A stretch of 63,645 nt of DNA, filler included, from Collodictyon triciliatum (lineage: Eukaryota), in NCBI GenBank assembly GCA_043381765.1. It is 12 parts of 12 records of this genome, joined end to end, with 100 filler letters (N's around TTAATTAATTAA, not from the genome) between each part and the next. Parts side by side here need not be neighbours in the genome. Positions count along the whole stretch, not along the records: positions 43,150 to 48,437 come from JBHJMP010005324.1; positions 48,538 to 53,837 come from JBHJMP010005325.1; positions 53,938 to 59,222 come from JBHJMP010005326.1; 9 more parts are not named here. One strand, given 5' to 3'. A program made the translations under genes and the position numbers. Shown piece by piece: positions 43,351 to 54,166 of the stretch. Positions within the stretch are counted from its first letter, which is position 1, and the number at the start of each line of letters is the position of its first letter. The notes beneath the pieces are model-generated. The model was not told the origin of the DNA, did no database searches, and saw only the letters and a program-made list of their open reading frames with translations.

Positions 43351-45930
43351 CCCCGCCTTGCAACAAAGTTATTCTTCGGAAGAAAAACAGATGATAACCT
43401 CCCAGACTGCTGCCCAATTCGTGATATGAGAGGCAAGGAAAGGTGCTCCTCATTACTATCTTTTTGGGCTTTATTTTCCACATCAGATTCATTGTATCCC
43501 TTTTTACATCGCCCACTTGCTTTTTCATTGATATTTGGCCCATCAGACTTGCATTTTAAATCTTCTGGTACTTCGGAGCCTCTATATGTTTCATAGGATT
43601 TGGAAAAATGGGATAATATTTCAGAAGAAAATGTCTGATAGAAAAATTAAACATCTCAAATGCACCAACACATGGTAATGCAGTACCGTTTTTTCATTCA
43701 TTAAGATTCCTATGAAAATTAGGTTTGAAATTACTCATCAAAAAGAATTTCTTTCATGATAGATGCCTCCATTTTTTGTGTATTTGCCTCGAACGTCAAA
43801 GGTATTACAGCTGATCCATCAACAATAGGATACGGTCTTTTGGGTAACTCAAATTGTTCCGCAAGTTCTAATGTTTTAGGGAGCTCAATGGTGTCTACCA
43901 GGTACTGTTCCTTAGAGTAGTTCTGTGGCGAAGGATAAGAAGGATGTCTGAGCAACATAACACAGAGTATCTCTTGCAAGATAAAATGAAATAACATTCG
44001 CGGAAACTCTAGCCTTTGCACTTCCATCGGTGGAATTATATTACAATATCTGTCTTAAGAAACCAACAGTGATAGATCTCGGCAGTAGGACGTGCTTTTG
44101 GTGGATAAGAGGAGTCCATAAAAACTCGTCGACAGATGGTCTCTTTTCAACATCAGAAACTGTACAAGAAGAAAAGGCATTGTGGATAACCCATCAGAAA
44201 TCAAGGCTGATTATACATCATTTCTTTATGAATTCAAACCCAACAAGCTCTCAATGGCCGCTCCAAGTTCCTTGGAATATAAATCTGGGATTGGTGGGTG
44301 TGTACCCTGCAAGACTTTTTTGCCAAGTGATTTGTAGTCTTGCCCATTGAATGGGTATGTTAGAGTTGCCATCTCGTATGCGACGCACCCTAAAACAAGG
44401 TCAAATCAAACGAGGACATGTACTTTATATTTAGAGTAGTCCAAATAATGGGAGGTTAACGAAAAAAAAAAATCATCGTTTCGAAGAAAATACCAACCTA
44501 GAGACCAAACGTCGGTTTTCGATGTATATGGAGTATGAACCCAGACTAAAAGAGAAAAATATAAATCAATATATGTATGTATCACATGAGTTGAGCTGGC
44601 GAGAGGTTTCATATAAATAAATCTGCAATAACACCCGGATGAGAGATTCCATTGATGATGGGGAGATAGTTTTAATGATAGCCCGTACTTTCAGGGCTTT
44701 GGAAGTAGGGTGTTCCGATCATAGTCTTTGCAAAGTCTGCCTCCATAAGTTTAGCGACGCCCTTGGAGGGAGAAGTTTCCGTTATTGGGATGTCGGAGAT
44801 AGGCATATGTGCGTTGTATGTACATCTTGTGGAAAGAGATATGCGATGAATCAGAACATACCAAATCCCCGATTTTAACAAAGTGTTTGTCAGTGATGAA
44901 TATGTTTGAACTTTTGATATCGCGATGGATTATGTTCATTTGGTGCAGACATTGCAAGCCGAATGCAATCTGTAGAAGGACTGACCATACTAAATCTTCC
45001 GGGAAGTATCGAGGTTGCTGGTGCGCCCGACGTTTCTGTGTGATGCAGATTATCATATTCAGGAGAGAGAGATTAGTAGGATGGCCTGGTTACTAAGTTA
45101 TTTGATATAAGTTATTTGACTCTAGATTACATGCTGAAAGACATGCCAATCCAGTATTAGAGGGATATATGTACTGGATTAACCTTGATCAACGCATGCA
45201 GGTCGCCTCTGGCAGCATATTCCATAATCTGGAGGATCACCAACCAGGGCCATGGCGAAGAAGCATTATAGAAGATATTTTCGTTTAATTGAAAGCTGAT
45301 AATGATTCATAGCTATTTGAAAAAAAAATAGAAGATCAAGCAGTATCGAAACGCAGGATTACAACGTAACCAGACTTAAGGGAAGAAAGCTTGTAGGTAT
45401 TTTCCAGCGAGTTACCTCAAAAACGAAAAGAATAATAATGTGGTGTTTTGAAGAGAAAAGTGTATTTAAAACGTTCGTTACGGTACAATAAATAGTTTGT
45501 TGTTGTCAAAGAAGGCTTCGTAGTATGAGACAACACAAGGGTGTTGCACCGAAGCCATGAACCGAATCTCATTCATGGCTCTGACTCTACAAAACATACA
45601 CGTCAAGAGCAGGCCTGAAGCGGGCTCAAGCCAGTTGAATAAGGATGTGATATGAATCTAAAGCCACAAGGACAACCGAATAAAAATATAAAAAAATCAC
45701 CTTTCTTCTGTGTTGAGCTTTGCGATGCTGACGACTTTGAGTGCATATCTTTGTGAGATGCGTCAGAGTATTTGAGTCAAACAAAAACAACGGAAAAAAT
45801 ATAAAAGCAAAGAAGGGAAAAGGAAGATATCCACTCACTCGCAGCTATCGGCAACACGCACAACTTGGTACACCGCGCCGTATCCACCTTTGCCGATGAG
45901 CTTACGTACGCGGAAGTCTCTGAGACTCAT
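43351..45930 (-). CDS. NIMA-related (NEK) Ser/Thr kinase, multi-exon; 3' end uncertain
   Basis: MSLRDFRVRKLIGKGGYGAVYQV; NEIRFMASVQHPCVVSYYEAF; IMEYAARGDL; HRDIKSSNIF; KIGDL|GVAK; TMIGTPYFQSPE; PYTSKTDVWSLG|CVAYEMATL. Confidence 0.92.
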
Positions 45931-46465
45931 GGCCACCGGACGGAGAAGTTGTGTTGTGTAGCGAACCTGCCAAGGCGATAAGTAGGCAGCCGTTTGAGTT
46001 TGTTATAGCGTGGAGCAACTCTTGATGTGTTGGGAATCGAAGCACGAGGATTCGCTTATGTCTTTACTATCGGTGGTTCGGTGCGACAAGCGTTTCGTGC
46101 TTCTCCTCAAGCAAAGGTGGGGAAATAAAAAGGATTCGCTAAAAAAAAAAAGTATGGTTCTACAGAAGGGCAGAGTGTTTGAGCAAATCAAGTATGTGCA
46201 GCGGTGTTTCTGATCTGAGATGCATCCGTTTGGCATGCCCTCTTCTGGAAATTACCATTTCTGGGTTAGGGTACAGAGAAGTTATCAATCCTTTCATTTC
46301 CGCCGCGATATCGCCTCGGGCTAGATATGTGTCTGTTGATGATTACTTTATTTCATGCTCTGCGGCAGCACGGAGCGCGTCTTAGTAGTGTGTGTGTGTG
46401 TGATGAGGTGTGATGTGGTTGTATAGGGTGGCGGAGAATGTGGTTCTGTGGTCATGGGGAGGCGC

Positions 46466-47202
46466 TTAGAGGCGGATGTCCACGGTCTTCTGGCAGTTCT
46501 CTCTACCGTAGCAGCCCTGCTGGGTGGTGGGGGCAAAGCCAATGAGGCGGGTGTTGAAGCCGTTGCGCTCAGCGATGGCGACGAGCTCGTTGTAGATCTC
46601 GGGGGAGAGGGAGGGTGTGCGGGCAAGGATCCACAGGGCCAGGCGGCAGGGCTCACCGACGAGGACGTAGCCGTAGTCGCGGTCTGGGCCGTAGGTGATG
46701 ATGTAGTAGTTGGGGGTGGTGGTCGGGTTGTCGGTGAAGCTGACGGCGAGCTCTCCAGGCTTGGTGGGGTCCAGCTGGTCAGCGCGGCCGAAGATGACTT
46801 CGAGTTCTCCGTCGACGGTCTTCTTGCGGCATTCGTTGCGGACCTCCACATAGGGGCCGTTGCGGTCCGAGGTGACGGTGTAGTTGGCGTTGGTGCACAC
46901 GCAGTCACGCTGGAAGGTGGAGCGGACAAACGTGGTGGTGGCAATCTCGTACCAGCGGCCTGTCGATGGAGGGGAGGAGGTGTTGGTCAGTTCCGACATG
47001 CAGCGCGTTACGGGATTATATGGCGAGTGCGCGGGTTGGCTATTCATGTGTTTGTATGTGTGTGTATGTGTGTTTGCTTACCAGAGTAACGGTTGAGGTC
47101 GAGCTCCGAGACTGAGTTGAGGGGGGTTGTGCAGAACTGGGCGAAGGCCGCTTGCGAGAAGACGGCGACGGCGAAGAGGGCGATGACGGCAGTACGGGAC
47201 AT
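46466..47202 (-). CDS. Secreted lipocalin (ApoD/Blc/TIL-like); exons 47202-47082 and 46959-46466
   Basis: Signal peptide MSRTAVIALFAVAVFSQAAFA; LDLNRYSG|RWYEIA (GxWYEI motif); DYGYVLVGEP..LWILARTPSL. Confidence 0.93.
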
Positions 47203-48052
47203 GATGAATCTGGTGGGTTGAGGTGGGGTGAGTGCGGTGCGGTGCGCTTCCAGGAGTTTGACGGGTTCGTTGCTCAGTGCTTGTGTCTTGTTACTGGGTT
47301 GTTCGATCTTCAGCTCCTTAATGGAATGTTTCATTTAGCAAACAAAGACTCTTTTGCTTCCTGCTTTATACCCACAGCAACAGAAAAGCCCCGAAATGCA
47401 ACAAAGGAAGTTTCTAACCACAGAATTTCTTACCCCAGATTTTCCGAGTGTGCGCACCAAGCAATAGGCTGCTGTTCTTGTAGCCAGGGTACCATATACG
47501 GGAATCTGGGCAGCTAGCACCATATTTTCTTCTTGATTAACTTGAATATATACACATATACATATTTCATGTTAAAAATTCGCAAATAGAAAATTATTAA
47601 CTTATTTGATAAAGTAGATACATTAAATTCCAAAATTATTTTCTTAATTAGGTATGATTAACGAAGTGCTTGGATGATCATTCCCACAATATAAACTCGC
47701 AGATCCGTTTTTTCTCTGGGAGTGTTCGGTGCGTTGGGTGTCATTATGCCGCATGCTCTGCCAGTTGCTGCAGACTTTTTTCTATGTTCCACAACAAAAT
47801 GTGTTGATGTGAATGAAAATGCCACAAAATGCGAATCATGAATCGAAGGCTTTCTGTCATTCCCCTTTGGAGGCCTCTCCCAGTTCTGTCCGGTCCCTCG
47901 GGAGGATTTCTTTTCTTTCGTCTTTTTTTTTATTTTTTTATTTTTTTTATTTTTTAACCGCCCCTCCTTTTTGCTTTGCTTCGTTTTGCCTAAGCCGCCT
48001 GAATACGTCGCCCAGGTCAGACGGGTCCAGAAGCGCGTATTGCAATCCGGAA

Positions 48053-48317
48053 TGGACTCGCTCTTCGGTCTTCGACGGAATGCCAAAGGAAACGCCTCAA
48101 ACGCACAGTCCCCGCAGTCACCTACAAGATCAACACCAGAGAGTCTGCCCGAGCCTCCCGGTTTCCGCCTGCTCAGCCACGATCAGTCGTCGACGACACC
48201 CCGCACGGCTCTTTGCGAGGAATACTGCGCCGACTGTGACAAAGTTCTACAGGATAAGGCGCCACTGTTTGTCTCATTGCATTTCAAAATCCCCTTTCTC
48301 TTGTACTTTTCTTTTGG
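48053..48317 (+). CDS. Probable first exon of an unidentified gene, truncated by contig end
   Basis: ATG GAC TCG.. S/P-rich reading frame in higher-GC sequence, followed by a (GTAT)n array. Donor position not resolved. Confidence 0.35.
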
Positions 48318-48437
48318 TATGTATGTATGTATGTATGTATGTATGTATGTATGTATGTATGTATGTATGTATGTATGTATGTATGTATGTATGTATGTAT
48401 GTATGTATGTATGTATGTATGTATGTATGTATGTATG

Positions 48438-48537
48438 NNNNNNNNNNNNNNNNNNNNNNNNNNNNNNNNNNNNNNNNNNNNTTAATTAATTAANNNNNNN
48501 NNNNNNNNNNNNNNNNNNNNNNNNNNNNNNNNNNNNN
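48438..48537. other. Artificial contig linker
   Basis: N44-TTAATTAATTAA-N44. Confidence 0.98.
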
Positions 48538-48885
48538 CGCTCGGCCGTCTCCCTGCGGGGGTACGCAAGGCCCAGGCCGCTCGACAGGTCGGATGCCAGC
48601 AGCACAACGCCCTCCGTGGCGCACTCGCGGGTGCGGTGGACTTCGCACAGCTGCTCCAGCAGACGCAGGCGTGTGGCGTGCGTCAGTGTCTCAGTGTACT
48701 CGCCCACAAGGCGCACCACGCAGCCGGCCGGGTAGAGTCCCTTCTCCTGCAGTCCCGCTGCTCGCTCCACCGGTCGCGTCCAGTAGTGCTCGTAGACCAC
48801 ATTCTCGTCGTCAAGTTGAGGCACCTCACTCTTGTGCGCTTAGCTTGCGCTGGCCGCACCTGAGCTCGGCTTGGTTGCCATACGT

Positions 48886-48939
48886 GTGGTTTTTGTGCAA
48901 AACCAAAGGGAAACGTGGTTTTTGTGCAAAACCAAAGGG
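48886..48939. repeat. Two direct copies of a 25-bp internally palindromic unit GTGGTTTTTGTGCAAAACCAAAGGG
   Basis: Copies at 48886-48910 and 48915-48939; each contains TGGTTTT-N5-AAAACCA. Confidence 0.9.
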
Positions 48940-49387
48940 GATTCAATAAGAATTCATTTGTACTTTGGGTATTACAGCCGCAAAACTAACTCTCGCACAG
49001 ACTTCTCAACAGACTACTTCTTAGCTCACAAATACCAAAAAAACAAAAAACCAAAAAACAATAACTGAAAAAAGAAAGAAAAAAGGAAACTTGTCATGCA
49101 GCAGGTCAAAAGGGCAGTCGAAAAACTGGTGGCGAAGGCTCATACCGGACTAGAAGCCTGCAACCAAGATCAACAGCATAGTTAATCAATTTGTTTCTGC
49201 TCATAACCTCAATCGCCAGACACTCGCACTATATATCTAAGTCTTACTTTTTTCCCTGGCAAAACAGGTTATGCTTTATGGCTGAGCGTTCGAAACATGA
49301 GAGCCTGAATGAGGAGCCTTTTTTTTCCGGAACTCTTTTTATTAACCGCACCTGATAGAAAACACGAGCCGCGACCCGTCGAAGGCT

Positions 49388-50720
49388 ATGCAATTTGCAG
49401 CCAGTTCTTCTGGTTCCAACGCTGGTGCGGAAAACCCCCGGGTTGCACGTAAGTCTTGGAAGACCCGTGCGAGGAAGCCGCCTGCAAGTCTGTCTGAGCG
49501 GACAGTATTTTTGCACGGGGTCGAGCAAGTCGTTTACAACAAGAACAAGGCCCGCAGGCTCACAGATGCGCTCGCCTCCTTCTTGAAAGCGAACAAACTT
49601 TGGGAAGAGTCCATCCAAATGCCATTACCGGACAGCGAAGGCCTTTTCCTTATTGCCTTTCGCACTGCAGAGAACGCCCGAAAGCTTCTGGAGCTGAGGA
49701 AGGTAAGTTTGATCGATATTACGATCAGCTTCGGCTGAAGTAAACCAACAGAGACATCGGTGATGCTCCACCAACTACCGCTGGATGTGTGGCCGCAACT
49801 CCTTCGTGAGGAGCTGAAGCCGTTCAGACCGGCCCACGTGGAGATCAGAAAGGACAAAGGCTTCTTCACAGACACGGCCGTGGTGAAGCTTCTTTGTCAT
49901 AAGAACCAGCTCCCTGCAAAGTTTACGGTCATGGGCAAAAAGTGTCCAAAGCGCATCCTCAAAGAGCATCCACCAGATGCGAACAACGAACGACAAGTAA
50001 AAGCCCCGCAAAAGAATACACCTGCCAAGCAGACAAGCAGCAACGGGGTCAAGGAAGCCAAGGCCAGGCAACAACAGAGTCCGCAAGACTCACAGCAGAT
50101 ACGCACAGGCAGCGACAGCGACGATGATATGGAGGGAAATCTCGGTTCCTCTTCAGAATCCTCGCATTCAAGCAATCCAACACCAACCCTGGACAAGCCC
50201 GCACATCACAAAACCCAAGAGCAGCGCATCTCCAAACCCCGAAAGAAATCCCCCTTCAACTGCCCATTAAGACTGACGTGAATATGGTTAACATATGATG
50301 CATCAAGGCAGTCTTCGTTACTTATCCGAAAGGATACTCCAAAGCGAAGGCAACACAAGAACCAGCGCCCATCAAAGATAGCCCATTTACCCTGCCCCAG
50401 CCCGTCGCACCGAGAACCAAGGAGCAAGAGCAAACAGCAAAAGTTGAATCCAAGCTTGGAACTTCACACACTAAAGACAGTCCGAGCAAGCAGGAGTGTA
50501 TGTTTCTAAATCCACAAACGCGTATCCATACTCCGGTTAAGCAAAGTCCACTGCCAGCTACGCATAGTCCCGATGCCAGGGGACGGTTAAGCGCCACTTC
50601 CGATAATTCCAGATGAACAACGATGTATCGCTTTTTGTCAGAGTCTCTCAGCAAGAAACGCAAGGGAAGTGACCCGTTGTCCCCTCAAAAGACTCATCCT
50701 GTGGAATGAAATAGGATGTA
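49388..50720 (+). mobile_element. Decayed non-LTR retrotransposon ORF1 (L1/Tx1-like)
   Basis: ORFs 49388-49738 and 49760-50281 are in one frame, split by a TGA. RRM-like pattern (FLIAFRTAENARKLL..VMLHQLPLDVWPQLLREELKPF..GFFTDTAVV) then a low-complexity tail. RLILWNEIG near 50690 weakly resembles an APE endonuclease start. Confidence 0.55.
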
Positions 50721-51162
50721 AACCTTGTCTGAGATAGACGGTTGAAAGGACTCGTCGGAATCGATTTGAGAAGTAACTGTCATGTGCGTGCTTTCATCGA
50801 CCTGTTAACTTTATCCACTCTTCTGTCAGTCTCGAATACAACCAGAAATCGTGTTGGAGCTGATTCACCTCGGGTAGAATAGTCTGCGCGTGAGAACACT
50901 TTCTCTCCTTTCTATTTTCTTTTTCTTTCCACCCGAAACACAAAAACTCCAATCACACAATCCGGGGTTTTCCACTTTCTGGCTCGCAACTCATTTCTTG
51001 TCCTAGAGGCGAAGTCGGTTTCCTCGGCTTTGTTTTCTCTCAATAAACTGTTGAAATAGAGTTGGATGGAGTTACGCCAAGCGCCATAGTTATTTTTTTT
51101 ATTCGTTTTGAGGTCAACTCTTGAACACTCCAGACGTCGAGTATAAAACAGTTAGTAGTGTA

Positions 51163-52214
51163 TCACATTCCACACAGCTCGAGTCTTTTTAAAAATACAT
51201 TCTTCGCAAATTTGTAGAAGGAAACATCTTCTTTGTTGTATTTCAAGAATATCTCATAATCTACATCTGTAGCATTCAGTTGACTTGAATTTCCCACGTT
51301 CGATCTTCTGCCATCATATTCCTAAGGTATCAATCGTGAGACATGAATAAAGGCAAACTTAAATGACCACTTACAATTGAAAAAAAGTCGGGATAGATCT
51401 TGCGCAAAAGCTGGGTAGTTTTATACATTTCTTCAGTAATTCCTACAACACTAAAAGTAGCAATTAGTCTGACTTTGGAAATGTATAGCGAAACTGAATC
51501 CTTTTTTCTGCACTCTTCCTGTAAGCCACAGAAGAACAACATTTGATGATTTGATACTTGTTTTGAGTCATCCTCTAAGGAGGAATGGCACATGTTATTA
51601 AAGAAATTACATTGAAAGTGTTTGAATGAGACAAGCCTTGAAAATGGCTCCCTTACCACACTGAAGTAGGAAATGTCCCCATACCCTGTGAGGGTATGAA
51701 AACTGTTTATAGGTAAATAAGAAACATAGTGTGTGTGGCTGTCAACTACAACTGGGGCCATATTTAACATTTCCTTAGCCCTCACTTTAATTTCTTCACT
51801 GTTGATGTCGAGTTGGTATGGATTCTTAATTGGGTGAGTAAAGGTGTTATTCTCCAAAGCTGTATAAGAAAGATGCTTAAATGACATCATTGTCGCTTGA
51901 GAAGCTAAGGAGTTCTTGGATATGTAGTCCATAACAGTTCTGGAACCGCATTTTGGAACCCGATTATAATATATTATGGACGGCCTCTGGGACTGACACC
52001 CGGATATTAATTTTATAAGCTCGTCATCGGAATATATAGTCTGTAGGTTTACGATATCGTGGTCGGTGTCGACAATTTCACTCACCAATTTCTTTTTGTT
52101 ACTATTATACTCATTATAAGGCGTAGGAGTTGCCAATAACTTGTTTGGGATGAGGCAGGTAATTGTCAGGATTAAAACGACTTGTAAAACAATGATATAA
52201 GCAAATGACGCCAT
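51163..52214 (-). CDS. Golgi type II sulfotransferase, heparan sulfate 2-O/uronyl 2-sulfotransferase-like (exons 52214-51375, 51321-51163)
   Basis: N-terminal signal-anchor; 5'-PSB loop IYYNRVPKCGSRT; 3'-PB SVVREPFSRLVS; FFCG; VVGITEEM; terminal exon NKEDVSFYKFA. One in-phase 53-nt GT-AG intron. Confidence 0.88.
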
Positions 52215-52899
52215 GGGATGGTGCTACGATCGTACAGCTTGCGACTTATTCGGATGAGATAAACCTGTAAAATCTTTATAAATTGGATGAGATAGTGGAT
52301 GAATTTACTTGGTGTTGCGCAGTTTATATCTAGCGAAGCGAGTACATATTCGTTACAGGAAGTTTATGCAACAACTTGAAAGGGTAAGTCACTAATTCTA
52401 CACTATCTTACATGTCCCTAGATTCTATCAAGATATTCAAGGTTGTTCGATAAAATTTAATGATTCTTGGGCGGGACCGTCCTCTTTGTGATTGGTGAAT
52501 GGTAACATATCGTTCAATTTGTATAATTAAGTATACTACTAATAAATTTGAATTATTAGTATTCGAATTTCCGATAATTTCCCTACAATATGGACAATAT
52601 TTACATGTTACGGGTTTTCTATATCATGGACTTAGTATGACCCAAATAGGTAAGCGGAGGCATGCTTACCAAAGTCTTTTAAAAGAATTCATAGGGAATT
52701 TAGTGATTTATTCGATGGAGTATAACAATGCGGCGTAAATGTTGAATTTTAACACGAATATCTGTCACATCGTAGCTCTCAGTTTTTGTGGTTAGACATC
52801 AAGAGTAAGTAACTGTTAGAATAGTGTTTGACTGAGTCGTACAATAGACAAACTTGAGGACGATGAACTTGAGCATGGTTTATAGATAGATAAAATTGA

Positions 52900-53837
52900 T
52901 AACAACCACGATATCTGGTAAGCCTCCGAACTCGTTGTCTCATTGGGTGGGCAGCAGGGGTTGGATATGCTGTGGGAGATATCGCACGACACATTCCCAC
53001 ATCTCTCTTCGCTTGCGGTCAGAGTAGCGAAGAATGCGAGCGTGTTTCAGCAGGCTGTTCAGGAAGCTGTATTGCACGAGGCTTTCCAGCCTGGATACAT
53101 TGATTTCTCGTTCGGGTGAATCATTGGAGCGAGAGAATGCGCGCACACTCCATAGGGACCACAGCGTATGTCCCCTTGTGACTGTCCAGAGTATTCTATA
53201 GTCGTGGGTCATTCGTTATTGTGGGCCAAGCAGGATTCAGACGCTCTGAGACGGCTGGGAGCATAATCAAGCTCAGAGAGCATCTTGTGGGTAGCCTCTG
53301 TCACTTTTTGAGCAACAAAGCACTTCACAAATGTGTGTTCGATAGAGTCGTCTCCACTATGGCACATGGTGCATTCTGGAGAGGTCGTTGCTGCATAGAC
53401 TACGCGCGCACCTATCCACAGCTCTCTGTTGGAGATATAGAGCAGCAGGGTGCGGTGTTTCGGGAGTAACTAGGGTATACGGGCTTGCTTCCAGCTTTTA
53501 ATTTTGATTATTCGTAGTGATGAAGTTGCAGCAGATGTCTCCTAGTTCCTTCAGCCTTTGGATATTCAGCAAAGTGCCTTTCATGTTTTAGATAAGGGTC
53601 GACACCATCACTTGGTTCCACAACCTTACTTTCCCCACGTCCGAGAGATGAAAGTTGCTCCACACTGATATTTTCGACTTGATGTTCTCAACCAGGGTTG
53701 TCCATTTGCTATCTGATTGTGAACCGAATATGATGCCTAGATACTTGAGTGGATGTGACGGTGACTTCCACACAATGTTTCCTGGAAACATCAGTCCATC
53801 CTGAAACCCAAAAAGAATTCCATCTGTCTTGTCATAG
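52900..53837 (-). mobile_element. Decayed L1/Tx1-clade LINE ORF2 3' portion (RT thumb, CCHC zinc finger)
   Basis: DKT..KYLGI..KWTTLVENIKSKISVWSNFHLSDVGKVRLWNQVMVS, then stops/frameshifts, CTMCHSGDDSIEHTFVKC (zf-RVT) and LWSLWSVR. Confidence 0.85.
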
Positions 53838-53937
53838 NNNNNNNNNNNNNNNNNNNNNNNNNNNNNNNNNNNNNNNNNNNNTTAATTAATTAANNNNNNN
53901 NNNNNNNNNNNNNNNNNNNNNNNNNNNNNNNNNNNNN
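53838..53937. other. Artificial contig linker
   Basis: N44-TTAATTAATTAA-N44. Confidence 0.98.
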
Positions 53938-54166
53938 TAATGAAGTAAATTGAAAAATTGTTCCCTTCCTGCGCTCTTTGATAAAACAAAAACAAAAAAA
54001 AATATTATGTAAAGTCTGTAAATCTTTCGGGTTTTTACTAATATCCCAGTCTCCTTTTCTTTATTTCGAAAATAAAATAAAAATAAAAAATAGATAATTT
54101 ATTCAAGCTCATTTGCTCGGTGGACTTCGGTTGTCAATTTTATACTATTCATTTTGCTATTTTATT

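Noticed and set aside
48840-53590. In-frame TAA/TGA codons as evidence of stop-codon reassignment or selenocysteine
   Set aside because: They are confined to decayed elements that also have frameshifts. Conserved genes end normally in TAA (MetAP2, PISD), TGA (YIPF, sulfotransferase) and TAG (31248).
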